From contig CAZLZO010000005.1 in assembly GCA_964564025.1 (NCBI GenBank), positions 712 through 64,711 of the forward strand: 64,000 bases of DNA, read 5' to 3'. The notes below the pieces were generated by a model. The model searched no databases. It saw nothing but the letters and a program-made list of their open reading frames with translations, and was not told the DNA's origin. This stretch comes from an uncultured Desulfurococcales archaeon. Its GTDB lineage: Archaea > Thermoproteota > Thermoprotei_A > EX4484-217-1. The position numbers and the translations under genes were made by a program. This document shows, in pieces, positions 18,918 through 29,132 of this stretch (positions are counted from its first letter, which is position 1; each line of letters starts with the position of its first letter).

Positions 18918-20702
18918 TTGAGAAAATATTTCATAGAATCTCCTCTATCCCTTATTGAATACTGTGAAGCAGCTTTAGGTAGGAGGAAACCTACGTTAGC
19001 TATTAAAAATGTTAACATTGTAAATGTTTATACTGCAAGCATAGATGAAGGTAGCATCTTGATATACAAGGATAGAATCATAGCATTAACCGATAAGGGA
19101 AGCGTTGTTGCCGAGAAAATTATTGATGGTGAAGGGAAGTATGCTATTCCAGGGCTAATGGATGCTCACATTCACATTGAGAGTACAATGCTTTTACCAA
19201 CGGAGCTCTCAAAAATACTTATACCCCATGGTGTAACATCCATTTTTGCAGATCCTCACGAAATAGCTAATGTTTTAGGTGTTAAAGGTGTAAGACTTCT
19301 ACTTGAAATAGCTAAAGCTTCACTATTAAGAGTGTTTATAGAAGTGCCTTCAAGGGTACCTACGGCACCTAAACTTGAAGACGCAGGAGCTTCTTTAGGC
19401 ATTAATGAAACAAGAGAACTTTTGGCTTTAGAAGAAGCTGTATCATTGGGAGAACTAAATTATCAGAATCTATTAGGAGAAAATAGCTCGTTCTATCTTG
19501 AGAAAGTGGTTATATCGGATTCTTTAGGGAAAATAGTTAACGGCCATATGGCCAGTGTTCCTAAGGAATTACTGAATGCCCTATCGTCTTTGGGGCTAAT
19601 TGACGACCATGAAACGTTAAACTATGAGGAAGCCATTGAAAGGCTTAAGCGTGGAATCGCTATTATGGTTAGGGAGGGCTCTACTGAGAGAAATCTTGAA
19701 GACATAGTTAAGGGCATTATTAACCTACATGATAAAAGAAAAATTCTTATGTGCACTGATGATAAGCACCCCCAAGATATAGTGTCAGAAGGACACATAG
19801 ATTATAATGTTAAGAAAGCTATTGAGCTTGGCTTAGACCCGGTAGAAGCGATTCAAATGGCCACCGTTAATATAGCTCAACATTTCGGTTTAGATACGTA
19901 CATTGGCGTAATTGCTCCGTTGAGAAAAGCCGATATAGTCATAGTTAATGACATTAGAAAACTCAACGTTATACATGTGGTTTTTGATGGAAAACTAGTT
20001 TTTAGCCGTGAAAAATTTCTTGTAGAGTTAGCTAAACCCAAAATGCCTAAGTGGGTATTAGAAACCGTGAAAATAAGTAGTGAAATAGGAGCTAATGATC
20101 TCGTTTTAAAGGCGCCTATTCGTGAAGGAAAAGCTAAAGTGAGAGTTATGGGTGTCGTAGAGGGCCAAATTATAGTTAAAGAGCTGCACTGTTGGTTAGA
20201 AATTAAAAATAATGTTGTGCTTCCTGATTTAGAAAACGATGTTTTATATATAGCTGTTATTGAGAGACATAGGGGTTTAAAAAGCATTGGTAAGGCATTT
20301 GTTAAAGGTTTCGGATTAAAGAAAGGTGCTTTAGCATCAACTGTAGCCCATGATCATCACAATGTTGTAGTTGTGGGAACAAATCCTGAAGACATGTTTG
20401 CGGCTGTGAAATTTCTTGAAAAATATGGAGGGGGGTTTGCAGTAGTAAATAGCAAAGAGCTTAAAGCTATTGTTGAATTACCTTTTGCAGGCCTCCTTTC
20501 ATTAGATCCAGCTGAGAAAGTCATTAAGAAGCTAAATAAAGCCAATGAGGAAGCTAAGAAGCTTGGGTGTAAACTTAAATCACCATTTATGCAATTAGAG
20601 TTCATAACGTTACCTACGGTTCCAGAACTTGGATTGACAAATAGAGGCTTAATTGACTCTAGAAACTACAAATTAATAGAGCCTATTATCGAGCTTAAAT
20701 AA
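18918..20702 (+). CDS. ade: Adenine deaminase
   Basis: A 594-aa amidohydrolase with GLMDAHIHIESTML. An AAGGTGG Shine-Dalgarno lies 7 nt upstream of the TTG start. Confidence 0.75.
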   Translation: MRKYFIESPLSLIEYCEAALGRRKPTLAIKNVNIVNVYTASIDEGSILIYKDRIIALTDKGSVVAEKIIDGEGKYAIPGLMDAHIHIESTMLLPTELSKILIPHGVTSIFADPHEIANVLGVKGVRLLLEIAKASLLRVFIEVPSRVPTAPKLEDAGASLGINETRELLALEEAVSLGELNYQNLLGENSSFYLEKVVISDSLGKIVNGHMASVPKELLNALSSLGLIDDHETLNYEEAIERLKRGIAIMVREGSTERNLEDIVKGIINLHDKRKILMCTDDKHPQDIVSEGHIDYNVKKAIELGLDPVEAIQMATVNIAQHFGLDTYIGVIAPLRKADIVIVNDIRKLNVIHVVFDGKLVFSREKFLVELAKPKMPKWVLETVKISSEIGANDLVLKAPIREGKAKVRVMGVVEGQIIVKELHCWLEIKNNVVLPDLENDVLYIAVIERHRGLKSIGKAFVKGFGLKKGALASTVAHDHHNVVVVGTNPEDMFAAVKFLEKYGGGFAVVNSKELKAIVELPFAGLLSLDPAEKVIKKLNKANEEAKKLGCKLKSPFMQLEFITLPTVPELGLTNRGLIDSRNYKLIEPIIELK

Positions 20703-20818
20703 ATTTTTCCAAAATATCTTTGTAATTTATCGAAAATAATTTATTGACTTTAAGGATTTTACGTAAAATTTTTATATTGGAATGCTATGCTTCTATTAGA
20801 GGAGGTTTGATATTTAGT

Positions 20819-22015
20819 ATGGGTGGGAAGGTAGTTTTAGCTTACTCCGGCGGTTTAGATACTTCTGTTTCAATAAAGCTTTTAAGTGAGAAATACGGGT
20901 ATGAGGTTTACACAGTAACTGTTGATGTTGGTCAGAAAGAGGATTTTGAAGAAATAGCTAATAAAGCATATATGTTAGGAGTTAAAGAACATTTCTTCTT
21001 TGATGCTAAGAGGGAGTTTATTGAAAACTTCGTGTTTCCTGCAATTAAAGCGAATGCATTATATGAGGACAAATATCCTCTATCCTCTGCTCTTTCAAGA
21101 CCTTTAATAGTTATTAAACTTATTGAAGTTGCTAAAAAGGTTGGAGCTGATGCAGTAGCTCATGGATGCACTGGAAAGGGGAATGACCAAATAAGGTTTG
21201 ATGTAACGATAAAGTCGTTTCTTCCAGACGTTAAAATTATAGCGCCAATTAGGGATTGGGGTTTAACGAGGGATGTGGAAGCCGAGCTTATAAGAAAATA
21301 CAATATCCCCCTTAAGCCTAAGAGGAAAATTTATAGTGTTGACGAAAACCTCTGGGGTAGAAGTATTGAATGTGGTCCTCTAGAAGATCCAGCACAAGAG
21401 CCTCCGGAGGAAGTTTTTCAATGGACTGTTGATCCTAAGGATGCACCTGATACACCAGAATATGTTGAAATATATTTTGAAAAGGGTGTTCCTGTGAAGC
21501 TTAATGGTGAACGATTAGATCCTATAAAGCTAATTTCCAAGTTAAATGAAATAGCTGGTAAGCATGGTGTTGGGAGAATAGACCATATTGAGGATAGAGC
21601 TGTTGGATTTAAATCTAGAGAAGTTTACGAAACCCCTGCAGCTCTAACAATAATTGAGGCGCATAAGGACTTAGAGAAACTAGTACTTAACTTTAATGAG
21701 CTTTCGTTTAAGAAACTTGTAGATGCCGAATGGACGAATCTCGTTTACAGGGGGTTATGGGCTGATCCCTTAAGGGAGGAGTTAGAAGCCTTTATAAATA
21801 AGGCTAATGAAAGGGTTTCAGGTATTGTGAGACTTAAGCTTTACAAAGGACATGTTATAGTGGTTGGGAGAAGTAGCCCATACAGTCTTTACGATAAGCT
21901 CATTGCATCATATGAGAAACACTCAACATTTGATCAATCATGGGCTAAGGGTTTCATAGAACTATGGGGTATGCCAACTATTGTAAGTAGAAGAATTCTT
22001 GAGAGGCTTAAGTAA
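20819..22015 (+). CDS. argG: Argininosuccinate synthase
   Basis: It has the AYSGGLDTSV PP-loop. The start is trimmed to the Met preceded by GGAGGT. The ORF-track start at 20744 is probably too early. Confidence 0.93.
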   Translation: MGGKVVLAYSGGLDTSVSIKLLSEKYGYEVYTVTVDVGQKEDFEEIANKAYMLGVKEHFFFDAKREFIENFVFPAIKANALYEDKYPLSSALSRPLIVIKLIEVAKKVGADAVAHGCTGKGNDQIRFDVTIKSFLPDVKIIAPIRDWGLTRDVEAELIRKYNIPLKPKRKIYSVDENLWGRSIECGPLEDPAQEPPEEVFQWTVDPKDAPDTPEYVEIYFEKGVPVKLNGERLDPIKLISKLNEIAGKHGVGRIDHIEDRAVGFKSREVYETPAALTIIEAHKDLEKLVLNFNELSFKKLVDAEWTNLVYRGLWADPLREELEAFINKANERVSGIVRLKLYKGHVIVVGRSSPYSLYDKLIASYEKHSTFDQSWAKGFIELWGMPTIVSRRILERLK

Positions 22016-22018
22016 ACA

Positions 22019-23428
22019 TTGCTTTATAGGAAAGGTGCAGTTAAAGGGAGAGTTCCTAATGAACTAGCTAAGTTTACTTCTTCCTTAAATTCAGATAGGA
22101 GAATAGCTAAGGCAACAGTAAAGGTCGTTAAAGCTCATGTTGAACATTTATGTGAAATAGGTGTACTTAAGAACAATGTATGCTATGAAATACTTGCCGT
22201 ATTAAGAGATTTAGAAAAGAATATTTTAAAGAATTATCCTAAAGAAGGCTTCGAGGACGTTCACGAATATATCGAATACTATGTTATTGAAAAATTAGGA
22301 GAAGATATAGGTGGCTTTATAAACTTAGGTAAAAGCAGAAACGACCAAGTAACCACAGCGATAAGGCTTGTTCTTAAAGAGGAAATACTGAATGTTCTTA
22401 ACGAAATATTGTCTCTTCAGCATTCGCTCCTAATTAAGGCTAAAGAGAATATAGAAACCATAGCTTTAGGCTATACTCACCAGCAAAAAGCACAAGTAAC
22501 AACTATAGCTCATCACTTATTAGCGTATTATGACGCTTTAAATAGGGATTTTGAAAGAATCTTTGCATCATTGAGCAGAGTGGATGCTTCACCTCTTGGA
22601 GCATCAGCACTAACAGGTAATAGTATCCCAGGATACGATAGGTCTAAAGTGGCTAGGAAGCTTGGTTTTTCAAAAATTCTAGAGAATACTGAAGATGCTG
22701 TAGCTTCAAGGGACTATATTTTAGAAGTTATGTTGAACCTAACTATATTAATGATTAATATTTCAAGGTTTGTTGAGGACCTCATTTTATGGTCAATGAA
22801 CGAACTTAACTATGTAATAATACCTAATAATCATGCTGCAACAAGCAGCATTATGCCCCATAAGAGAAACCCTGTTACACTTGAAGTAATTAGGGCTAAA
22901 GTAGCTGAAATCCTAGGTTACACCGTAGCTGCATGTACTCTACTAAAATCGCTACCTTACAGCTACAACCTTGATCTTCAAGAGTTAACACCGCTTCTTT
23001 GGAAAACAATAGATATAACTAAAGAGTCTCTTAGCATACTAAGGGATTTTATAGAGAAAGCTAAGTTCAATAAGGAAAGGCTTATGGAGAGTATAGTAAG
23101 GCATTTAGCTATGGGTTTTAATGACTTAGCAGAGTATATTACATTAACATATAATGTTCCATTTAGGAAAGTTCATAGGATACTAGGTGAGTTATCAGTA
23201 AATGAGAAGGTTAATGCAGCTAAGATTGCCGATACATTAAGGGAAAAACTAGGCATTGAGATTTCGGAGAAGGAGATTTTAAACATGCTAAACTTTAGGG
23301 AACTTATTTTAAGAAGAAAAGTTCAAGGATCTCCTAATTTTACTGAAGTTAAGAGAATGATTAATGAAAGAGAGATTAAGTTATACGAGAAAAAGAATAT
23401 TATAACTAAGTTTCAAAGTAAAACCTAA
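22019..23428 (+). CDS. argH: Argininosuccinate lyase
   Basis: A fumarate-lyase-family protein of 469 aa, with a GKSRNDQV motif, directly following argG. Confidence 0.88.
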   Translation: MLYRKGAVKGRVPNELAKFTSSLNSDRRIAKATVKVVKAHVEHLCEIGVLKNNVCYEILAVLRDLEKNILKNYPKEGFEDVHEYIEYYVIEKLGEDIGGFINLGKSRNDQVTTAIRLVLKEEILNVLNEILSLQHSLLIKAKENIETIALGYTHQQKAQVTTIAHHLLAYYDALNRDFERIFASLSRVDASPLGASALTGNSIPGYDRSKVARKLGFSKILENTEDAVASRDYILEVMLNLTILMINISRFVEDLILWSMNELNYVIIPNNHAATSSIMPHKRNPVTLEVIRAKVAEILGYTVAACTLLKSLPYSYNLDLQELTPLLWKTIDITKESLSILRDFIEKAKFNKERLMESIVRHLAMGFNDLAEYITLTYNVPFRKVHRILGELSVNEKVNAAKIADTLREKLGIEISEKEILNMLNFRELILRRKVQGSPNFTEVKRMINEREIKLYEKKNIITKFQSKT

Positions 23429-23465
23429 GAGCTTTGAGGTGAAATATTATAACACGTGTTAGGCG

Positions 23466-24128
23466 TTGATAAGAACAGTTCCTGAATTAATAAGGCATTT
23501 ACTATGCGTTAGGACAATAGATCTTGATTCGCTTAGAAAATACATTAGATTATCGAGAGAAGTCCTTCATGATGCATTATCTCAACTTGAAGGTAAGGGT
23601 TACATTAAGATCTCTAGCGGATATATTGAAGTAACTAATGTTATAGAGTTGGCTGTAGAAGGGTTGAAACTAGGCCTATCTCACGAATCCGTTTCAGCTT
23701 GTCTTAGATGGAAGGACTTTGAATACTATACAAGCAAAATCCTTGAGGCTCATGGATACTACGTTTATAGAGGACTAAAGGGAGGGTTAAGAGGGGGCAG
23801 ATTCGAAATAGATGTTTTAGGCTACAGAGGAAACCTAGCATTAGCCATAGATTGTAAACATTGGAAAAGAAGCAGGTTAAGCCTGCTTAAGGTACATGCT
23901 GAATCTCATACTTCACGTGTTGAAAGATTATGCTACGCTATTAAAGCTAAAATAGTTGACATAGGATTTAAGAGGGGAAAGGTTATTCCAGCAATAGTTA
24001 CACTTTATGAACCATACGAGAAAGTATTTAATGGAGTGCCGTTCGTACCCATAAATACGCTCAATGATTTCGTACTTAACGTTAAAAAATATGTCGAAGA
24101 ACTAAACTTAATTACCTTCAGCGTTTAA
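23466..24128 (+). CDS. Winged-helix plus PD-(D/E)xK (Mrr-cat / NucS-C-like) nuclease-fold protein
   Basis: A 220-aa protein. The N-terminus looks like a wHTH (LSREVLHDALSQLEGKGYIKI). The core GGRFEIDVLGYRGNLALAIDCKHWK matches the hhD...(D/E)hK restriction-endonuclease pattern. It lies 38 nt upstream of the PCNA gene. Confidence 0.5.
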   Translation: MIRTVPELIRHLLCVRTIDLDSLRKYIRLSREVLHDALSQLEGKGYIKISSGYIEVTNVIELAVEGLKLGLSHESVSACLRWKDFEYYTSKILEAHGYYVYRGLKGGLRGGRFEIDVLGYRGNLALAIDCKHWKRSRLSLLKVHAESHTSRVERLCYAIKAKIVDIGFKRGKVIPAIVTLYEPYEKVFNGVPFVPINTLNDFVLNVKKYVEELNLITFSV

Positions 24129-24166
24129 AGTTAAGAATTAGAACATGTAACTAAAGGTGGTGCATT

Positions 24167-24907
24167 GTGAAAATAGTTTTACCTGAAGCTAAAGCTTTTG
24201 CTAGTATCATAGAGGCACTTTCAAAGGTCGTTGATGAAGCATCGCTGAGGTTCTTACCTGACAAAGTAATTCTTAAGGCTTTAGATCCCGCTAAAGTTTC
24301 TATGTTTGTCATGGAGCTTCCTTCAACACTATTCACAGAATACGACGTCGCTCAAGAGGAGAGAGTAGGTTTCAACACATCAGTTATTCTTAAGTTTCTT
24401 AAGAGAGCTAAGAAAGGTGATAGTTTAGAGATAGCCATAGAAGACAGTTATGCACGATTCACCATAGCTGGAACTTACACTAGAATTTACAAGGTCTTAA
24501 ATCTTGAAATTTCTGAAGAAGAGCTTCCGGAACCTCAGCTTGAATTTAATGCTTCAGCAACTATACTTTCGGATCCTCTAAAACATGGTATTAAAGATGC
24601 TGAAACCGTTGGTGATACTGTAGAGTTTATTGCTGAAACAGAGAACGAATTTATAATTAAAGGTAAAGGTGAGGCTTCTGAAACAGAAACTAGGATTTCA
24701 AAAGAGTCTGGTGCACTAATTTCATTAGAAGTTAAAGAGCCTTCACGTTCATCTTACGCAATAGAGTATTTAAAGAACATTGTTTCGCTAACTAAGGTTG
24801 CTGAAGCTGTTACCATAAAGTTCTCTACGAGAATGCCTGTAATGTTGGAATTTTCCATAATGGGTGAAGGAAAAGTAGTTTATCTCTTGGCTCCAAAAGT
24901 GGAGTAA
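24167..24907 (+). CDS. pcn: DNA polymerase sliding clamp (PCNA)
   Basis: A 246-aa protein with a PCNA-like N-terminus (KIVLPEAKAFASIIEALSKVVDEASLRF) and two similar domains. Confidence 0.85.
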   Translation: MKIVLPEAKAFASIIEALSKVVDEASLRFLPDKVILKALDPAKVSMFVMELPSTLFTEYDVAQEERVGFNTSVILKFLKRAKKGDSLEIAIEDSYARFTIAGTYTRIYKVLNLEISEEELPEPQLEFNASATILSDPLKHGIKDAETVGDTVEFIAETENEFIIKGKGEASETETRISKESGALISLEVKEPSRSSYAIEYLKNIVSLTKVAEAVTIKFSTRMPVMLEFSIMGEGKVVYLLAPKVE

Positions 24908-24921
24908 AAATGTGAGGTTTT

Positions 24922-27900
24922 CTAAGCCACTATAGTTATAACGTACTTTTCTCCTTCTATGTCCCATTCTTTAGTGTATCCTTTCTTCGTTTTCTCCTTT
25001 TCAACACTTATTTTCAGCTTTTTAGCTCTAACTTCTTCTGCTATGAAGTTCCTCCATTTTTCAAGCATTTCCATGGATTGTTTATCAGGAGTTATGATTA
25101 ATGCTTCAATAAATGCTTCTACGGGTAAGTCGAGCTCCTTTCTCATGTACTGTATTCTCCTAACGATGTCCCTTGCTAAACCTTCAGCAGCAGCTTCGTA
25201 ATCTATCCTTATGTCTAAAAGTATCTTTCCTTTATCAAAGTTTTGAAGTATGTAATGTTCTGAAGGTTTCTCTAAGATCTCTACGTACTCGTGTGTTATA
25301 ACATGTTTTTCTCCGTTTATTTCGAATTCAAAGTAGCCTTTTTCTAAAATGTTCTTAATTACTTCACTTTCTTTCTCCTTAAGTATTTCTAAAACTTCCC
25401 TTGTTTTATCTTTAAACATTGGCCCTATTTTTGAGAAAACTGGTCTTATTTCATAGCTAATGTATTTTCCTATTTCACTTAACTTTTTAACACTGACGTT
25501 TTTAACATTAATTTGCGATTTTACAACATCTTTCACGTAAGTTAGTAGTTTATGTAGTTTTTCATCGTCGCTTAGAACAATTATTTCCGGTAAGGGCTGT
25601 CTTATCTTTATACCTGCTTTCATTCTAGCTGCAGCTCCTACTTCAACAATTTTCTTAGCTAATGCCATTGCCTCCTCAAGTTCTGCACTTATTAGTTTCT
25701 CATTAACTTTAGGCCATTCTAACATGTGAACACTTTCTGGAGAGTCTTTTTCAGCTGGGAGAATGAATTTTCTATAAAGTTCTTCAGCTATAAATGGAGT
25801 TACGGGTGCAAGTATTTGTAAAAGAGTCTTTAAGACAGTGTATAATGTTGAGTATGCAGCTATCTTATCGGGATCTTCAGCTTCAACCCAAACTCTCCTC
25901 CTTATCAGTCTAATGTACCAGTGGCTTAAATCTTCAATTATGAACTCTCTTATTCTCCTAACAGCTTCATGAACATATGTTTTCTCGAACTTTTCAGTAA
26001 CGTACTTGACGAGGTTATTTAGTCTTGAGAGAACCCATTTGTCCTCGACTCTAAGATTGCTTAGTACTTTCTCTAAAGGCCACTTTTCAGGATCAAAATT
26101 GTCGAGACTCATATATGTTGATGCGAAGACGAAAATGTTCCAAAGTATGTTTAGGTCTCTAAATGTTAAGTCAAGTTTTTTCCAAGCAAACCTAATGTCC
26201 TCCCATATGGTGTTTTGTAAAACCCAGAATCTTAATGTATCAGCTCCATATTTTTCAACAACTTCATCCGCTGAAACAAAGTTTCCTAAGCTTTTATGCA
26301 TTTCTCTACCTTTTTCATCCAACATATAACCGTGTACTAAGACTCTTTTGTATGGTGCTTTTCCGAAACCTAAAATACCGGATCTTAAGAGACTAAAGAA
26401 CCATCCTGCAAGTTGGTCGTGACCTTCAACTATGAAGTCTACTGGAAACAGTCTTTCAAAGAGTCTTTTGTTTTTAGGATAGGCTAGACTTGCGAAAAAT
26501 GCTACTCCACTATCAAACCATACATCCAGTACGTCTGGTACTCTATGCATTATTCCGCTACATTTCGGGCACTTAAGCTTTACTTTGTCTATCCAGGGCT
26601 TATGTAGATCGCTTATTTCAAAATCGCTTTTAGCTAGCTTTTTCAATTCATTAACGCTTTCCGGAATGACCTTATACCCGCATTTTTCACATTCCCATAC
26701 GGGTAACGGTATTCCCCAGTATCTTTGTCTAGAAATTACCCAGTCTCTAAGTTCTTTTAGCCAGTTTCTCTCCCTTTCCTTAGCCCAATCAGGTATCCAC
26801 TCTACTTTTTCAGCTTCCTCAATCATTTTATCTTTAAGTTTAGTTACTGTAATGTACCATTGCTCTGTGGCTCTGAGAACTAATGGTGTTTTGCATCTCC
26901 AACAAACCGGGTATTTGTGAACTATTTTTTCCTCAAAAAGTAAGAATCCTTTTCTTCTTAAGTCTTCTATTATGTACTTGTTTGCTTGTCTGAAATGTTT
27001 ACCAGCGTACTTGCCTGCGTCTTTAACCATAATTCCTTTCTCATCAACTAAGCTAACTACTGGTATTCCGTATCTTTGAGCGATAATGAAGTCTTCTTCT
27101 CCATGGCCTGGAGCTGAATGGACAAGACCTGTTCCTTCGTATGGAGTTACAAATTCTGAAAGAACCACTTTATGTGTTTTCATGCTCCTGTATTTTCTTT
27201 GTGCATCCACTTCCTCAAGTAGGGGAGGTATGTAGCGTAATCCCTCAAGGTCTTTACCTTTAACTTTAGCTATGATCTTTGGTTTCTCACCTAACTTGGA
27301 AAATACGGGTTCAAGTCTTACTTCAGCTAGGATGAGTCTTTCCCCTTTAAATTCTACTTCAACATAATTCATTTCGGGATGAACCATTACAGCTAAATTT
27401 GCTGGAAGAGTCCATGGGGTAGTAGTCCAGATTAGTAAGTACTTATTTTTCTCGCCTTCAATAGGGAATTTAACGAATATTGAGGGGTCCTCAATATCCC
27501 TATATTCCTGAACTTCATAGTCTGCTAGAACTGTTTCGCATCTGGGACACCACCACACAACCTTAACTCCTTTCTTAAGCAGACCCTGTTCCTGAACCTT
27601 CTTTATAAGCCACCATCCTGACTCAATGTATTCGGGTTTTAAAGTGTAGTAGGGGTTGTTCCAGTCCATGCTAACTCCTAGTCTTTCAAAACGTCTACTC
27701 ATAAGCTTTGCATTTGTTAAAGCAAGGTTCATGCATTCTTTAACAAACTTTTCAACACCAACCTTACTTACTATTTCCTTTTTACTTTTTAATCCGAGTT
27801 TCTTCTCTACAGCAACTTCAATGGGTAATCCGTGGGTATCGTACCCTGGTTGATCCCATACGAAACGTCTTCTCATACGTTGAAATCTTATAACTAAGTC

Positions 27901-28104
27901 TTTAAGCACCTTATTCCAAGCAGTACCAATATGTGGTACATCGCTTGATGGGTAAGGTGGCCCGTCGAGGAAATAGAATTTCGGCTTATCTTTAAGTAGC
28001 TCCCTTATTCTTTCGTATATTCTATTTTCTTTCCAGAATTTCAGTATTCTTTCCTCAACTTCAATAGGTCTGTATTGCTTATCTATCTTGCCTACTTTCC
28101 CCAA
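24922..28104 (-). CDS. ileS: Isoleucyl-tRNA synthetase
   Basis: A 1060-aa protein with HIGH (PHIGTAWN), the editing motif GTGLVHSAPGHGEEDF, a WCPRC zinc site, and KMSKS (MHKSLGN). Confidence 0.95.
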   Translation of the reverse strand: MGKVGKIDKQYRPIEVEERILKFWKENRIYERIRELLKDKPKFYFLDGPPYPSSDVPHIGTAWNKVLKDLVIRFQRMRRRFVWDQPGYDTHGLPIEVAVEKKLGLKSKKEIVSKVGVEKFVKECMNLALTNAKLMSRRFERLGVSMDWNNPYYTLKPEYIESGWWLIKKVQEQGLLKKGVKVVWWCPRCETVLADYEVQEYRDIEDPSIFVKFPIEGEKNKYLLIWTTTPWTLPANLAVMVHPEMNYVEVEFKGERLILAEVRLEPVFSKLGEKPKIIAKVKGKDLEGLRYIPPLLEEVDAQRKYRSMKTHKVVLSEFVTPYEGTGLVHSAPGHGEEDFIIAQRYGIPVVSLVDEKGIMVKDAGKYAGKHFRQANKYIIEDLRRKGFLLFEEKIVHKYPVCWRCKTPLVLRATEQWYITVTKLKDKMIEEAEKVEWIPDWAKERERNWLKELRDWVISRQRYWGIPLPVWECEKCGYKVIPESVNELKKLAKSDFEISDLHKPWIDKVKLKCPKCSGIMHRVPDVLDVWFDSGVAFFASLAYPKNKRLFERLFPVDFIVEGHDQLAGWFFSLLRSGILGFGKAPYKRVLVHGYMLDEKGREMHKSLGNFVSADEVVEKYGADTLRFWVLQNTIWEDIRFAWKKLDLTFRDLNILWNIFVFASTYMSLDNFDPEKWPLEKVLSNLRVEDKWVLSRLNNLVKYVTEKFEKTYVHEAVRRIREFIIEDLSHWYIRLIRRRVWVEAEDPDKIAAYSTLYTVLKTLLQILAPVTPFIAEELYRKFILPAEKDSPESVHMLEWPKVNEKLISAELEEAMALAKKIVEVGAAARMKAGIKIRQPLPEIIVLSDDEKLHKLLTYVKDVVKSQINVKNVSVKKLSEIGKYISYEIRPVFSKIGPMFKDKTREVLEILKEKESEVIKNILEKGYFEFEINGEKHVITHEYVEILEKPSEHYILQNFDKGKILLDIRIDYEAAAEGLARDIVRRIQYMRKELDLPVEAFIEALIITPDKQSMEMLEKWRNFIAEEVRAKKLKISVEKEKTKKGYTKEWDIEGEKYVITIVA

Positions 28105-28160
28105 ACCATAAACACCTTACACACTATAGCTCAGACATTAATGATTGAAGAAGGAACATA

Positions 28161-28409
28161 TTAACTTTTATGAGAGGGGAGCACTATTTCTACTTCATCT
28201 ACTTTGAACTTTAGCCTGAATCTTTTAGAAAGTTCTGTTTCTAAGTTTTTAGGGTCAACTTTAATGTTCCTTATTTCTACGAATCTAAATTCAGGTACTA
28301 CTTCACTTTTAATCTCTTTAACGCTACTGAACTTGTTTCTAAGGAAGTTTATAATTTCCCTGTACTCTTCATCATCGTATGTAGTGAAGTATATTCTATA
28401 AATCCTCAT
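28161..28409 (-). CDS. Hypothetical small protein (82 aa)
   Basis: ORF track only. Charged, with a beta-alpha-beta-like composition. Confidence 0.35.
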   Translation of the reverse strand: MRIYRIYFTTYDDEEYREIINFLRNKFSSVKEIKSEVVPEFRFVEIRNIKVDPKNLETELSKRFRLKFKVDEVEIVLPSHKS

Positions 28410-28512
28410 TACCTTAGCACCTAAATGCTAGTATCTAAGAGTTTTTAGCATAGTATACGTAATTATTTTATTCTAGTTAAGTTTTAAGTTAGGAACATGT
28501 AGGGGTTAAGAT

Positions 28513-28728
28513 ATGTCTAAGAGGGAAGCTAAAAAGCGCAGAAAGAGAGCCAAGGAAAAACCTAGACATGTCGGGAAACTTGTGATTAAGAGGTTTGAGG
28601 AGAAAATGTTCCAAGCAGGTTTATGGATCATGTTTATTGCTTCAGCAAGCATAGTTATAGTGTCTATTATTGCATTGATGTGGTTTTTCCTTACAGAAGC
28701 TAATTTCAGCGAAATTCTCAAAATATAG
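28513..28728 (+). CDS. Possible preprotein translocase subunit Sec61-beta (SecG-like) small membrane protein
   Basis: A basic N-terminus, then GKLVIKRFEE, which resembles the archaeal Sec-beta GLxRYFEE motif. It ends in a single C-terminal TM helix. A CTCCC/GGGAG hairpin and a T-run follow the stop. Confidence 0.4.
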   Translation: MSKREAKKRRKRAKEKPRHVGKLVIKRFEEKMFQAGLWIMFIASASIVIVSIIALMWFFLTEANFSEILKI

Positions 28729-28903
28729 CTCAGATCATGAATGGTTCTTCACGTTTCCGAACTCGGCAAAATCATCATCGCCCGTAGAAACTCTGCAGAA
28801 ACATCAATATAAAACTCCCGCACTTAAAGGGGGAGATTTTAAAAGGTAACACCTATTACTTAGATTTCTCAGTAAGAACCATTAGGGGAGGTGAAACATA
28901 TAC

Positions 28904-29002
28904 ATGGGTGGTAGACAAAGAACAACACTATTCATGGGGTTAGGAGAGACTAAGAAAGAGGAGAAGGAAAAAACTAAGGGTAAAAAGAAAAAGAAGAAAT
29001 AA
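28904..29002 (+). CDS. Micro-ORF encoding a 32-aa Lys-rich peptide
   Basis: A perfect GGAGGTGA Shine-Dalgarno lies 9 nt upstream of the ATG. The peptide is MGGRQRTTLFMGLGETKKEEKEKTKGKKKKKK. Confidence 0.25.
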   Translation: MGGRQRTTLFMGLGETKKEEKEKTKGKKKKKK

Positions 29003-29132
29003 ACACGGTTCAACTAGTTTCTTAATGATTAACTTATACAGTGTTTTATCTGAGCAATTTAACTCGATAAGAATGCTTAAATAAGTTTCTAAATGTTTTC
29101 ATATTAAGAATAAGGGTAATGGTTGATACTTA

